Assembly (NCBI GenBank): GCA_037917675.1
Contig: JAVCBW010000034.1
Coordinates: 70,788-134,787 of the forward strand
Origin: Thermoproteota archaeon
Lineage (GTDB): Archaea; Korarchaeota; Korarchaeia; B14-G2
Reading direction: 5' to 3'
DNA length: 64,000 nucleotides
The notes beneath the pieces are model-generated. The model saw nothing but the letters and a program-made list of their open reading frames with translations, did not search any database and had not been told where the DNA came from. Below, in pieces: positions 38,694 to 47,738 of this stretch (the stretch's first letter is position 1; each line of letters starts with the position of its first letter). The translations under genes were made by a program, and so were the position numbers.

Positions 38694-40076
38694 TTGAGGC
38701 TACTATTGATAGCAGTCCTCATCTCAGCATCCTTGCTGGGAGCTCAGCCAAGCTACATCTCAGCTAAAGTCAGAGTCCAGGTTAAGCTCGACCTGACAGC
38801 TGAGGTAGAGGTCAGATATGAGCTGAAGGGTGGAGGATGGCCTGATATCGGAGAGATGCTATGTGAACTAGCTGAGGATGCCTCAGAGATAGCCCTCCAG
38901 CTCCTAGGCTCTGAGCCCACCTGGAGTGTTGAGGCAGATAGCAGAGTAGCTATCCTGCGAGGTGAAGTCGAGGCTCCAGCTGTGAAGCTAGGGCTGAACA
39001 CCTATGAGCTCAAGCTAGGTGGAGTTGAGGAGGAGGCTGTCATAGGAGAGAGAAGGAACCTGAGGCTGCTAGAGGAGATCAGAGTTGAGCTAGCAAGCTA
39101 TACAATACTGGAAGCTGACCCTCCTCCAGATAAGCTAGCTGCTAGGTCAGCTACATGGAGTATGCTCCAGTCTGGAGCCTCTGTGAAGTTCGGGTTCCTG
39201 AAGGCCTCCCTTGACATCACAGTCTACGGCCCCTCTCCTTGCTCAAGGCCTCCAGAGCTGACAGAGGGATGCAAGTATACAGCTTTGATCCAGGTTGAGA
39301 GCCAGGTCGGAGTCTCTCTTGAAGTTGAGATGTATATCAGAGGTGTCAGCCTCAGAGTGTCGAGAGAGAAGGCTACACTGCACCTGGAACCATGGGGTAG
39401 AAGTGAGCTTGAAGTCAAGATATCACCTGAGAGAGGAGAGAGGTGGCAGCTTATAGTAGCTATCAGGGACAAGGCTAGGCTTGAAGTCCTTTCAAGCAGG
39501 ATTCTAGAGGGGCCGATAAAGCTGATTGAGCAGGAGGAGGCAGGAGTAGAGGAGGTGGAGGAGGAGCCTAAGCTTCTACTGTCAGCTTCAGCGTCAAGTA
39601 GAGCCGAGGAGGGAAGCAGGCTACCCATCCACGTTCTAGCCTTCAACGCGGGGAGCTCACATGTCCACGCTGAAGTAAGGCTGAAGGCAGCTGGCTGTAC
39701 ACCTGAGCTCCAGTCAAGAGAGGTCTCTTTGCCTCCGCATGCTGGAGTAGACTTAGAGTTCAATCTGATGCCGCTAGAGCCAGGCCAAGTCGAGCTTGAG
39801 ATCACAGCTGAAGTAGAGGGGAGGCTGGTGGCTGAAAGCAGCTTGGTGGTAGCTGTAGAGCCCAGGCAGATGCCTACAGCCTCTACTCCAGCTGCCACGC
39901 TGAAGCCTTCTCCAGCTGAGCCTACACCAAGAGAGCTTACTCCAGCACAACACCCTCCACCGGAGAGGCCTCTTGAACTCCTTGCCTTAGCCTTAGCCTT
40001 AGCTGCAGTAGCTCTAGCAGCTCTGATCGCAGCTCTGATTCTACTGCTTGGGAGGAAGCCGAGGGAGCTGAGGTGA
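38694..40076 (+). CDS. Secreted, C-terminally membrane-anchored surface protein with Ig-like beta domains
   Basis: Signal-like LRLLLIAVLISASLLGA from TTG 38694 (TTTAATA at 38658, GGGGT SD); beta-rich repeats, Pro/Thr linker, TM helix plus basic tail. Confidence 0.7.
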   Translation: MRLLLIAVLISASLLGAQPSYISAKVRVQVKLDLTAEVEVRYELKGGGWPDIGEMLCELAEDASEIALQLLGSEPTWSVEADSRVAILRGEVEAPAVKLGLNTYELKLGGVEEEAVIGERRNLRLLEEIRVELASYTILEADPPPDKLAARSATWSMLQSGASVKFGFLKASLDITVYGPSPCSRPPELTEGCKYTALIQVESQVGVSLEVEMYIRGVSLRVSREKATLHLEPWGRSELEVKISPERGERWQLIVAIRDKARLEVLSSRILEGPIKLIEQEEAGVEEVEEEPKLLLSASASSRAEEGSRLPIHVLAFNAGSSHVHAEVRLKAAGCTPELQSREVSLPPHAGVDLEFNLMPLEPGQVELEITAEVEGRLVAESSLVVAVEPRQMPTASTPAATLKPSPAEPTPRELTPAQHPPPERPLELLALALALAAVALAALIAALILLLGRKPRELR

Positions 40077-40579
40077 GGTCAGGTATATATGTGCTAGTCA
40101 TAGAAGTCGCTGGCTTAGAGCGTAGGTTCGGGGCTCTTGGGAGGCTGAAGCTGCCTAGAGGCTTCTACCTGTATGTCGGGTCAGCAGTCTCTAGGAGAGG
40201 TAGGCTGCTAGAAAGGAGGGTGCTTAGGCACCTAAAGCCAGGGAAGAAGCTGAGGTGGCACATAGACTACCTCCTAGACCAAGGGGCCTACTCGAGTAAA
40301 GCTGAAGTTAAGCTCGTAGCCTATGCTGAGACCTATAAGAGAGCTGAGTGCTCTATCTCGAAGCTCCTCTCCAGATCACTGAAGCCCATACCAGGCTTCG
40401 GCTGCTCAGATTGCAGGTGTGTGAGCCACCTATACTACTCTAGCAGCCTGAGAGAGGCTATCAGCACCCTCAGAGAGACCTTCAGAGAGGCTGGCCTCAG
40501 CATGGAGCTGACCACACCACATGACTTCCTGGTTAAATATGGGGGACAGGATAGCCTGATATGCCTGAGCTCACAGTAG
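40073..40579 (+). CDS. DUF123 / GIY-YIG (Uri) nuclease family protein
   Basis: GIYVL, YLYVGSA, RWHIDYL, EC, GFGCSDCRCVSHL. Confidence 0.88.
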   Translation: MRSGIYVLVIEVAGLERRFGALGRLKLPRGFYLYVGSAVSRRGRLLERRVLRHLKPGKKLRWHIDYLLDQGAYSSKAEVKLVAYAETYKRAECSISKLLSRSLKPIPGFGCSDCRCVSHLYYSSSLREAISTLRETFREAGLSMELTTPHDFLVKYGGQDSLICLSSQ

Positions 40580-41028
40580 AAGAGCTCAGTGAGGGGGACG
40601 CGGAGGAGCTTGAAGAGCTCTTCAGGGAGGTGTGGAGCACAGCGCTAGAGTACCCTGAGGAGTGGAGGAGGAAGAGAATGCCTACTAGAGCTCAGATAGT
40701 AGAGGAGATGAGGTCAGGCTACAGGTACTTTGGAGTAAGGATAGGAGACAGGATAGCTGGAGTTTATAAGGCCAAGGTGGCTGGAGACACCCTGCTCGGA
40801 GAGCATCAGTCTGTCAGACATGAGTTCAGGAGGAGGGGGCTAGCTAAAGCTATGTACAGGCAGTTCATAAGGTATGCGAGAGAGATAGGCTGCAGGAAGG
40901 TGAGGGTCAACATCCTGCCCTCACAGAAGCCTAGCCTCAAGCTTGTGAGGGAGTTTGGGTTCAGGAAGGTTGGGTCGTTTGAGCAAGCTCCTGGGATGCT
41001 AGTAGACGTATATGAGAGGGAGGTTTGA
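40561..41028 (+). CDS. GNAT N-acetyltransferase
   Basis: SVRHEFRRRGLAK motif A; TTAAATA at about 40533. Confidence 0.85.
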   Translation: MPELTVEELSEGDAEELEELFREVWSTALEYPEEWRRKRMPTRAQIVEEMRSGYRYFGVRIGDRIAGVYKAKVAGDTLLGEHQSVRHEFRRRGLAKAMYRQFIRYAREIGCRKVRVNILPSQKPSLKLVREFGFRKVGSFEQAPGMLVDVYEREV

Positions 41029-42119
41029 TGGATCTCAAGCTGCTCAAGCTCAAGGTAGAGCTTCTATGCCTAGGTGTAAGGCTGCCACCTGAGTCAGATA
41101 AGGGCAGGAGGTATGGTGCAGGCCCAGCTGGAGGCCAGTACATAATCCTACCTGGAGGTAGCTGTGTGAATGCTGCTACATGGCCACATTACACCAGCAG
41201 ATCAAGGTGGGCTATGGAGGCTTCCTCGAGAGGCCTCTACCTGGCTTCAGGTAGCATGCGAGTCCCTGTCAAGATCGTCCCGAAGCCTCGTTTCTATGCT
41301 GAGAAGACTTCAGATGGCACCCCAATGTGGAAGGTTGCCCTCCTCCATGGGGTAGACTGCCTTGCTACAACAGTCTTACAGTCATGCTGGTACTGGAGGC
41401 ATGGGATGCAGTGCAGGTTCTGTGGTATAGAGCTCTCCTTCAAGCATGGGCACACCATACTCTACAAGAAGCCGAGGCAGCTTGCTGAGGTCGTTCAGGC
41501 TGCGCTAGAGGAGGGTGTCTGCTCACATGTCACCCTAACAACTGGGACACCTGCCTCAGGTGACATGGGGGCTGAGCTGCTAGCTGAGGCTGTGAAAGCT
41601 GTGAAGAGCATAGACGACATCCCAGTACACGTGCAAATCGAGCCTCCAAGCGACCTCAGGCACCTAGACAAGCTCATGGAAGCTGAGACGATAGGAGTAC
41701 ATGTTGAGACCATGGACTCAGAGATATTCGCTAAAGTCTGCCCTGGGAAAGCTAGGAGAGGATATGAGCCATACTACAGAGCTTGGAGCTATTGTGTGGA
41801 GAACTGGGGGAGAGGGCAGGTCAGCAGCTTCCTTATAGCTGGCCTAGGAGAGAGCTCTGAGTCCCTGATTGAGGGGTCGAGAAAGCTAGCTGAGCTTGGG
41901 GTCATCCCATACATAGTCCCACTCAGGCCTATAGAGGAGACTCCAATGCAGCATGCTAGCCCACCTAGCCCAGAGGAGCTCGCTAGGGTGTGTGTAAAGG
42001 CAGCTGAAGCCATGCTCGAGGAGAATCTAGATCCCTTCTCGAATAAGGCTGGCTGTGTCAGGTGTGGTGCCTGCTCAGCTCTCCTAGAAGCCTACAGGCT
42101 AGCTAGGTCAGGAGCCTGA
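41025..42119 (+). CDS. Radical SAM protein, MSMEG_0568-like
   Basis: GAGPAGG, PRFY..TSDG.PMWKVALLHG, atypical CX8CX2C (CWYWRHGMQCRFC), C-terminal AGCVRCGACS. Confidence 0.85.
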   Translation: MMDLKLLKLKVELLCLGVRLPPESDKGRRYGAGPAGGQYIILPGGSCVNAATWPHYTSRSRWAMEASSRGLYLASGSMRVPVKIVPKPRFYAEKTSDGTPMWKVALLHGVDCLATTVLQSCWYWRHGMQCRFCGIELSFKHGHTILYKKPRQLAEVVQAALEEGVCSHVTLTTGTPASGDMGAELLAEAVKAVKSIDDIPVHVQIEPPSDLRHLDKLMEAETIGVHVETMDSEIFAKVCPGKARRGYEPYYRAWSYCVENWGRGQVSSFLIAGLGESSESLIEGSRKLAELGVIPYIVPLRPIEETPMQHASPPSPEELARVCVKAAEAMLEENLDPFSNKAGCVRCGACSALLEAYRLARSGA

Positions 42120-42630
42120 AGGCTAGGCTGAGCCTGTAAGTTGGCTCTCTGGCTGTGAGCCCAGCTTTCACCCTAGGAGTCATCAGCCCAGCTCCCTTAA
42201 GCTCTGCTATCAGCCTACTGACCTCACTCAGCCTAAACCCTAGCTTCACAGCTTCCTCAGCTATGTCGGAAGCTGATACTATAACTCCTCTCTTAAGCAG
42301 CCTTCTGAAGAGCTCTGGAACCAGGTCAGCTTTCTCCTCACCAATCTCCCTCAGCGCAGCTTCAATGGCCTCCATCCAGCTTCCCCTGGCCAGAAGCTCC
42401 CTGGCTACAAGAGGAACATGCCACCTGCCATCTTCTCTCACCATCAGGCTACCCCACTCTAGTGTCCCATCCATGCTCTCGAGTGGGAGGATCACATTTA
42501 GCTCCATTCCCTCTAGCAGGGCATCTTCTAGCTCACTTAGATTGTACCCGAGCTGCTCAGCTAGCTCAGCTAGCTCACTCATGGATGCTACTCCACGCTG
42601 GGCTGTATGCTCAGCTAGCTTCCTTAGCAG
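42103..42630 (-). CDS. Hypothetical protein with winged-helix-like halves (start uncertain: CTG 42630 or ATG 42582)
   Basis: ASDIAEEAVKLG..VSRLIAELKGAGLM wHTH-like segment; directly follows upstream gene. Confidence 0.65.
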   Translation of the reverse strand: MLRKLAEHTAQRGVASMSELAELAEQLGYNLSELEDALLEGMELNVILPLESMDGTLEWGSLMVREDGRWHVPLVARELLARGSWMEAIEAALREIGEEKADLVPELFRRLLKRGVIVSASDIAEEAVKLGFRLSEVSRLIAELKGAGLMTPRVKAGLTAREPTYRLSLAFRLLT

Positions 42631-42631
42631 G

Positions 42632-43324
42632 TTACCTATGCTGCCCAACTGGACACACCTTAACACATACCCCACAGACTTCCTCACCGTATCTCGGATC
42701 CCTCTCTACCTCCTTCAGCCTTCTGCTGCATGCTCTGGCGTCAAAGCACTCATGGAGCTGTGGGGGATATACCTTGAAGCTCACGTCTCTAATTGCTCCA
42801 GCTGGGCATGCATCTACACAGGCTCTACATCCTCCACACCTACACTCAAGAGGCTCACCTGGCTCAAGAGGGCAGTCTGTCAGCACTGTGACAAGCCTGA
42901 CTCTAGGCCCCCACTCCTCTGTCACCAGCAGCATGCTCTTCCCAATCCAGCCTAAGCCAGCTAAGGCTGCGACAGCCTTATGAGATATGGCACCATACAG
43001 CCCCTCTCTGCCCAGGGTCTGTGAAGCTGGTATCGGCATGGCTTTATACCCATGCTTCTGGAGTAGTGATGCTAGCCTGAGAGCAGTGTAGTCTAGAGCC
43101 TGGTTGACAGCTCTATAGTGGTGGACATATGCCTCAGTAGGGTCGCTTGGTGTTATGGCATCTACTATCTGGTCTGAAAGCCTCCATGCCACTGATATGG
43201 CTCTACTGAACTTCCTGAGGAGCTTCCTAGCATACCCGTAGTCATCCCTGTATAGCGCTAGGTCTGCTACCCCCACCTTAGCTGCACCGAGGTCGAGAGC
43301 CAGCTTCCTCAGGGTGCTCCACAA
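42632..43324 (-). CDS. Epoxyqueuosine reductase-like 4Fe-4S protein
   Basis: SHKAVAALAGLGWIGKS, GPRVRL, CGGCRACVDACP, CGVCVKVCP. Confidence 0.85.
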   Translation of the reverse strand: MWSTLRKLALDLGAAKVGVADLALYRDDYGYARKLLRKFSRAISVAWRLSDQIVDAITPSDPTEAYVHHYRAVNQALDYTALRLASLLQKHGYKAMPIPASQTLGREGLYGAISHKAVAALAGLGWIGKSMLLVTEEWGPRVRLVTVLTDCPLEPGEPLECRCGGCRACVDACPAGAIRDVSFKVYPPQLHECFDARACSRRLKEVERDPRYGEEVCGVCVKVCPVGQHR

Positions 43325-43334
43325 GCTCAGGCCC

Positions 43335-43979
43335 CTAGATGTAGTCTAGCAGCTCAGCTAGGCTTCCTCTCAAGACAACATCTGCCTCAGCTTCGAGCTT
43401 AGGGTGCTTAGGCTTATAAGCCACCTTCAAGCCAGCTTCCTTCATCATGCTGAGGTCATATGCTGTGTCTCCTACTACAGCAAACTTTTCGAGTGGAATT
43501 GAGAGCAGTGCAGATGCATTCCTCAGGGAAAGATGCTTCCTGAGTGGGTCGACTCTTAGTATGCAGTCTCCAGTAAGATAGCCTTCATCGTCTATCATGA
43601 GGCCATTTCCAAACCACAAGTCTGCTTGAAGCTCTCTAGCCACTCTAGCTGCAAGCAGGTCTATCCCGCTAGTGACTATGACGGTAGCTATGCTGCGTGC
43701 CCTCAGCTCCCTGAAGAGCTCTCTGGCTCCATCTGCAAGCTTAACCCCATTGAGAACTTCTATTACATCTAGAATATGGGGGAGTTTGCCCTCCTTCCTC
43801 CAGAGGGCTATGTCGAGCCTAGCCCACTCAAGGTAGCTTATCTTACCCTGCTCATAGAGCCTTCTGTTCTCCTCAACCTTAGCTGGGTCTGCTCTGAAAG
43901 CCCTGTGGAGGAGAGCCCAGCTTGACTCTTCTCTGGTGAGGGTCCCATCCATGTCGAATGCTACTGCCCTCACCCTCAT
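43335..43979 (-). CDS. HAD-IB phosphatase (SerB-like)
   Basis: FDMDGTL, VTSG, K, VGDTAYD. Confidence 0.88.
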   Translation of the reverse strand: MRVRAVAFDMDGTLTREESSWALLHRAFRADPAKVEENRRLYEQGKISYLEWARLDIALWRKEGKLPHILDVIEVLNGVKLADGARELFRELRARSIATVIVTSGIDLLAARVARELQADLWFGNGLMIDDEGYLTGDCILRVDPLRKHLSLRNASALLSIPLEKFAVVGDTAYDLSMMKEAGLKVAYKPKHPKLEAEADVVLRGSLAELLDYI

Positions 43980-45055
43980 CTCTCTCTCTTGCCTTGGATG
44001 AACTCCTCAACCCACTGCCTAGCTGTGCTGTCAGGGACCTTGACTGGTGGATGCTTGAAGGCGTAAGCTGATATGCTGACCAAGGGCCCTGCTACCCCCC
44101 TGTCTAAAGCTATCTTGACTGCTCTTATCACGTCTACGACTACTCCAGCGCTGTTAGGTGAGTCCTCCACTGTCAGCTTAGCCTCTATTATGATTGGCTG
44201 CCCACCGAACTTAGTCCCTCTGACATATATGTAGCATATCTTCTTGTCCTCTAGAAATGGGACGTAGTCTGATGGGCCGATTCTTGTAGGGACCTCGTAA
44301 GGTATCAGGCTCGTGACAGCTGTGGTCTTGCTGACTCTCTTTGTCTTTAGCCTCTCCTCTACTGTCATGTTGAGGAAGTCTGTGTTACCTCCTATGTTAA
44401 GCTGGTATGTCTCCTCAACCTTGACCCCCCTATCTACTAGGAGATTGACTATCGCCCTATGCAGTATTGTTGCTCCAACCTGGCTCTTTATGTCGTCTCC
44501 TGCTACAGGTATGCCTCTCTCCTCGAACTTCTTCGCCCACTCTGGGTCTGATGCTATGAACTCTGGTATGCAGTTCACGAAGGCTACTCCAGCCTCTAGG
44601 CAGCACTTCGCATAGTATCTTGTGGCCTCATAGCTGCCTACTGGAACGAAGTTGATGAGCATTTCTGCATTAGCTTCCTTAAGCTCCTCTGCTACGTCAA
44701 CTGGCTTCACTTCGCTCTCATCATACACTCTAAAGGCATCTCTCATGTGCTTTGCGACCCCGTCAAGTATCGGAGCTGGCTTCACCTCCACTCCATACCT
44801 AGGAGGGTTAGCGAACCTCGCGCAGCAGTTTGGCTCAGTGAAGATGGCTTCACTGAGGTCCTTGCCTATCTTGAGCCTGTTCACGTCGAAGGCTGCTACG
44901 AACTCTATGTCAGATATCCTGTAGCCACCGAAGTTCACATGCATGAGCCCTGGTACAAGCTCATCGTCACCTACATTCCTATAGTACTCAACACCCTGAA
45001 CAAGAGCAGAAGCACAGTTACCAACTCCAGCTATCGCAACCCTAATCTTCCCCAT
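43976..45055 (-). CDS. ino1: myo-Inositol-1-phosphate synthase
   Basis: GVGNCASALVQG, GDDIKSQVGAT, GGNTDFLN, SKT, DSPNSAG. Confidence 0.95.
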   Translation of the reverse strand: MGKIRVAIAGVGNCASALVQGVEYYRNVGDDELVPGLMHVNFGGYRISDIEFVAAFDVNRLKIGKDLSEAIFTEPNCCARFANPPRYGVEVKPAPILDGVAKHMRDAFRVYDESEVKPVDVAEELKEANAEMLINFVPVGSYEATRYYAKCCLEAGVAFVNCIPEFIASDPEWAKKFEERGIPVAGDDIKSQVGATILHRAIVNLLVDRGVKVEETYQLNIGGNTDFLNMTVEERLKTKRVSKTTAVTSLIPYEVPTRIGPSDYVPFLEDKKICYIYVRGTKFGGQPIIIEAKLTVEDSPNSAGVVVDVIRAVKIALDRGVAGPLVSISAYAFKHPPVKVPDSTARQWVEEFIQGKRER

Positions 45056-45169
45056 TGTACCACCCCTAGAATATAGGGGGTCTGCGGTTTTAAATGGTGG
45101 AGCATGCTGTCACCAGCATGCACTCAGCAAGCCTAAAAGCAGACGGGCCTATGGTGGCATGGTGTCTGT

Positions 45170-46009
45170 ATGAGGGTTCTGGCGCTAGTTGCAAGCCATA
45201 GGAGAGACGGGAACACTGAGATACTTGTTAAGGAGGCTCTCATGGGAGCTGAGGAGCTCGGTGCAAGCTGCGAGATTATCAGGCTGACTGAGCTGAAGCT
45301 CACTCAGTGCAAGGCATGCTATGCATGCCTCTTCACAGAGTGCAAGCTGGAGGATGATGGAGAGTGGCTTATAGGTAAGCTAAGAGACTCTGACGCACTC
45401 TTGATAGGGACCCCAACCTACCTGCTGACTATACCTGGCCAGCTCAAGCTGCTGTTCGATAGGGTGCTCTCGATATACCCTAGGCTGAGCTGGACAATGG
45501 GGAAGCCTGCTGCAGCCATAGTCACAGCAGGGATCCCAGGCTGGGAGTCTCTAGTGCTACCATCTGTCTACGCATTCCTCTATGGTGTAGGCTATAGAGT
45601 TGTGGGGAAGCTCCTAGCATATGGTAGGGGGCCAGGTGAAGTCCTCTTGCAGCAAGGTTATCTGGAGGAGGCTAGGAAGCTCGGAAGGAGGCTTGCTAGG
45701 GCAGCTATGGGAGGGGGTGTTGAGCTGGAGAAGGAGAGCTGGGAGTGCCCTATATGCGGCTGTAGCCTTGTGAAGCTCACCCAGAGTGGAGCAGAGTGCT
45801 CTGTATGCGGATCGGAGATTGAGATAAAGCCTTCAGGTGGCTGCTACAGCGTCAGATACATCAGGGGAGGCAGGTTCATCGAGGAGAAGCTTGAGGAGCA
45901 CCTGGAGTGGCTCCGTGGGACTGTGGTGGAGTACAGGAAGCTCCAAGATAGGATAGAAAAGCTGAGAGGCAGATATAGGTCATATAAGCCATATGCTAAG
46001 CCGAGGTGA
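45170..46009 (+). CDS. Iron-sulfur flavoprotein / flavodoxin-like FMN reductase with C-terminal zinc ribbon
   Basis: SHRRDGNT, CKACYAC..C, GTPTY, CPICG..CSVCG. Confidence 0.82.
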   Translation: MRVLALVASHRRDGNTEILVKEALMGAEELGASCEIIRLTELKLTQCKACYACLFTECKLEDDGEWLIGKLRDSDALLIGTPTYLLTIPGQLKLLFDRVLSIYPRLSWTMGKPAAAIVTAGIPGWESLVLPSVYAFLYGVGYRVVGKLLAYGRGPGEVLLQQGYLEEARKLGRRLARAAMGGGVELEKESWECPICGCSLVKLTQSGAECSVCGSEIEIKPSGGCYSVRYIRGGRFIEEKLEEHLEWLRGTVVEYRKLQDRIEKLRGRYRSYKPYAKPR

Positions 46010-46014
46010 GCTAG

Positions 46015-47070
46015 CTGGAGGTCAGGTTCGGCTACCAGCTTCCACCATATGATATCGAGCTCATCAAGTGGGCTGCACAGTATGCTGACAGAAGCGGCTA
46101 TAGCTACGTGTTCATGGCAGACCACCTCGTAGGTATAGGGATAAGGAGGTTTGACTTCCTAGAGGCATGGAGCACCCTAGGAGCTCTCTCAGCCATAACA
46201 GAGAGGGTTAAGCTAGGCACGTGTGTGAGCGACCCACATAGGAGGCACCCTGCTGTCCTAGCTCAGGCGCTAGCTACGCTAGACCAGCTAACTAGAGGGC
46301 GAGCCATACTTGGGCTTGGGGCAGGTGAAGCAATGAACCTAGATCCCTATGGGATAGATTGGAGCAAGCCTGTATCAAAGCTGAGGGAGGCAGCGCTGGT
46401 CATAAGGAGGCTGCTCACAGAGGATAGAGTCAGCTTCACAGGCAAGTTCTATAGGCTCAGAGATGCGATGCTGGAGCCTAAGGGGGTTCAGAAGCCCAAC
46501 CCGCCCATATGGATTGCAGCTAACTCCCCTAAGTCAGTGAGGATCGCTGCTGAGCTTGGAGACGGCTGGATACCAGCTACACCACCTGCCTCACCTGAGA
46601 GGTATAGGAGGTGGCTAAGTGAGCTGAGGGAGCATGCCTCCAAGGTAGGCAGGAGCCCAGGTGAGATAGAGCCTGCCCTGTTCCTCTATAGCCTAGTAGC
46701 CCAGAGGAGAGAGGAGGCCTTGGAGGCGATCAGGGTGCCAGCCAAGCTGATAATAGCTCTCTGGCCTGATGCAGCCAAGGAGATCAATGCAGAGATACCT
46801 GAGTCTCTAGGGATACACAGGTTCACATTCACTGTAGAGAATGTTGAGAAGCTCCTCAGGTTTGCACTGGAGAAGATACCTGATGAGGCAGTTGACAGGT
46901 ACTTTATCTATGGGTCTCCAAGCGACTGCATTGAGAAGATAGGAGAGTATGCCAAGGCAGGAGTGAGGAGCTTCATAGTAGCCTTGCTAGTCAGGCTGAG
47001 AGACATGAGATCCCAGCTCAGGATGTATACTGAGAAGGTAGTGAAGCCTGTGCTAGATGGTGCTGTTTGA
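46015..47070 (+). CDS. LLM-class (luciferase-like) flavin/F420-dependent oxidoreductase, probable CTG start
   Basis: EVRFGYQLPP N-terminus, ADHL, RHPAVLAQ..TLD, GLGAGE, PPIWIAA, GDGW. In-frame TAG lies just before CTG 46015. Confidence 0.88.
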   Translation: MEVRFGYQLPPYDIELIKWAAQYADRSGYSYVFMADHLVGIGIRRFDFLEAWSTLGALSAITERVKLGTCVSDPHRRHPAVLAQALATLDQLTRGRAILGLGAGEAMNLDPYGIDWSKPVSKLREAALVIRRLLTEDRVSFTGKFYRLRDAMLEPKGVQKPNPPIWIAANSPKSVRIAAELGDGWIPATPPASPERYRRWLSELREHASKVGRSPGEIEPALFLYSLVAQRREEALEAIRVPAKLIIALWPDAAKEINAEIPESLGIHRFTFTVENVEKLLRFALEKIPDEAVDRYFIYGSPSDCIEKIGEYAKAGVRSFIVALLVRLRDMRSQLRMYTEKVVKPVLDGAV

Positions 47071-47738
47071 TAGATGAGAGCAACATACTAGAGGTCCTAG
47101 AGAAGGTGAAGGCTGCAGTAGCTGAGTACAGTGAGCCAGCGGTCTCAGCTGCAGCTGGCAGAGACCCCTTTAAGGTCCTGATAGCAACCATGCTGAGTGC
47201 TAGGACCAGGGATGAGGTGACCATAGAGGCTGCCAGAAGGCTGTTCTCGAAGGCAAGCACCCCTCAGGAGATGCTGAAGCTCAGTGCTGAGGAGGTATCT
47301 AAGCTCATATACCCTGTAGGCTTCTACAGGAGCAAGGCTAAGGCGATCCTCGAGGTCTGTAGAGCTCTCATAAGGGAGCATGGTGGCAGAGTACCTGACA
47401 CCATAGAGGAGCTGCTGAAGCTCAAGGGAGTCGGGAGGAAGACAGCTAACCTAGTGCTCTCCATAGGCTATGGGAAGCCTGCCATATGTGTTGACACACA
47501 TGTCCACAGGGTTACCAACAGGTGGGGGCTTGTGAGCACCAGGACACCAGAGGAGACTGAGAGGTCTCTCATGGAGAAGATACCTAGAGGCTACTGGTCT
47601 GAGGTGAACAGGATTCTCGTTGTCTTCGGGCAGAGGATCTGTAGGCCTGTCAGGCCTCTCTGTGAGAGGTGTCCGATAGCCGACATCTGCCCAAAGATAG
47701 GGGTAGAAGAGGGGAGAAGAAGGAAATCAAGGAGATAA
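47067..47738 (+). CDS. nth: Endonuclease III
   Basis: LSART, LKGVGRKTAN HhH, VDTHVHR, CX6CX2CX5C. Confidence 0.94.
   Translation: MIDESNILEVLEKVKAAVAEYSEPAVSAAAGRDPFKVLIATMLSARTRDEVTIEAARRLFSKASTPQEMLKLSAEEVSKLIYPVGFYRSKAKAILEVCRALIREHGGRVPDTIEELLKLKGVGRKTANLVLSIGYGKPAICVDTHVHRVTNRWGLVSTRTPEETERSLMEKIPRGYWSEVNRILVVFGQRICRPVRPLCERCPIADICPKIGVEEGRRRKSRR

Noticed and set aside
35187-42119. Seven co-oriented genes as one RiPP-like cluster (TldD/E, GNAT, radical SAM)
   Set aside because: Internal TATA boxes at about 38658 and 40533 suggest three units, and no precursor peptide or YcaO gene is visible.
45102-45121. GCATGCTG-TCAC-CAGCATGC inverted repeat
   Set aside because: It is built from GCATGC words common in this window's spacers, so chance cannot be excluded.
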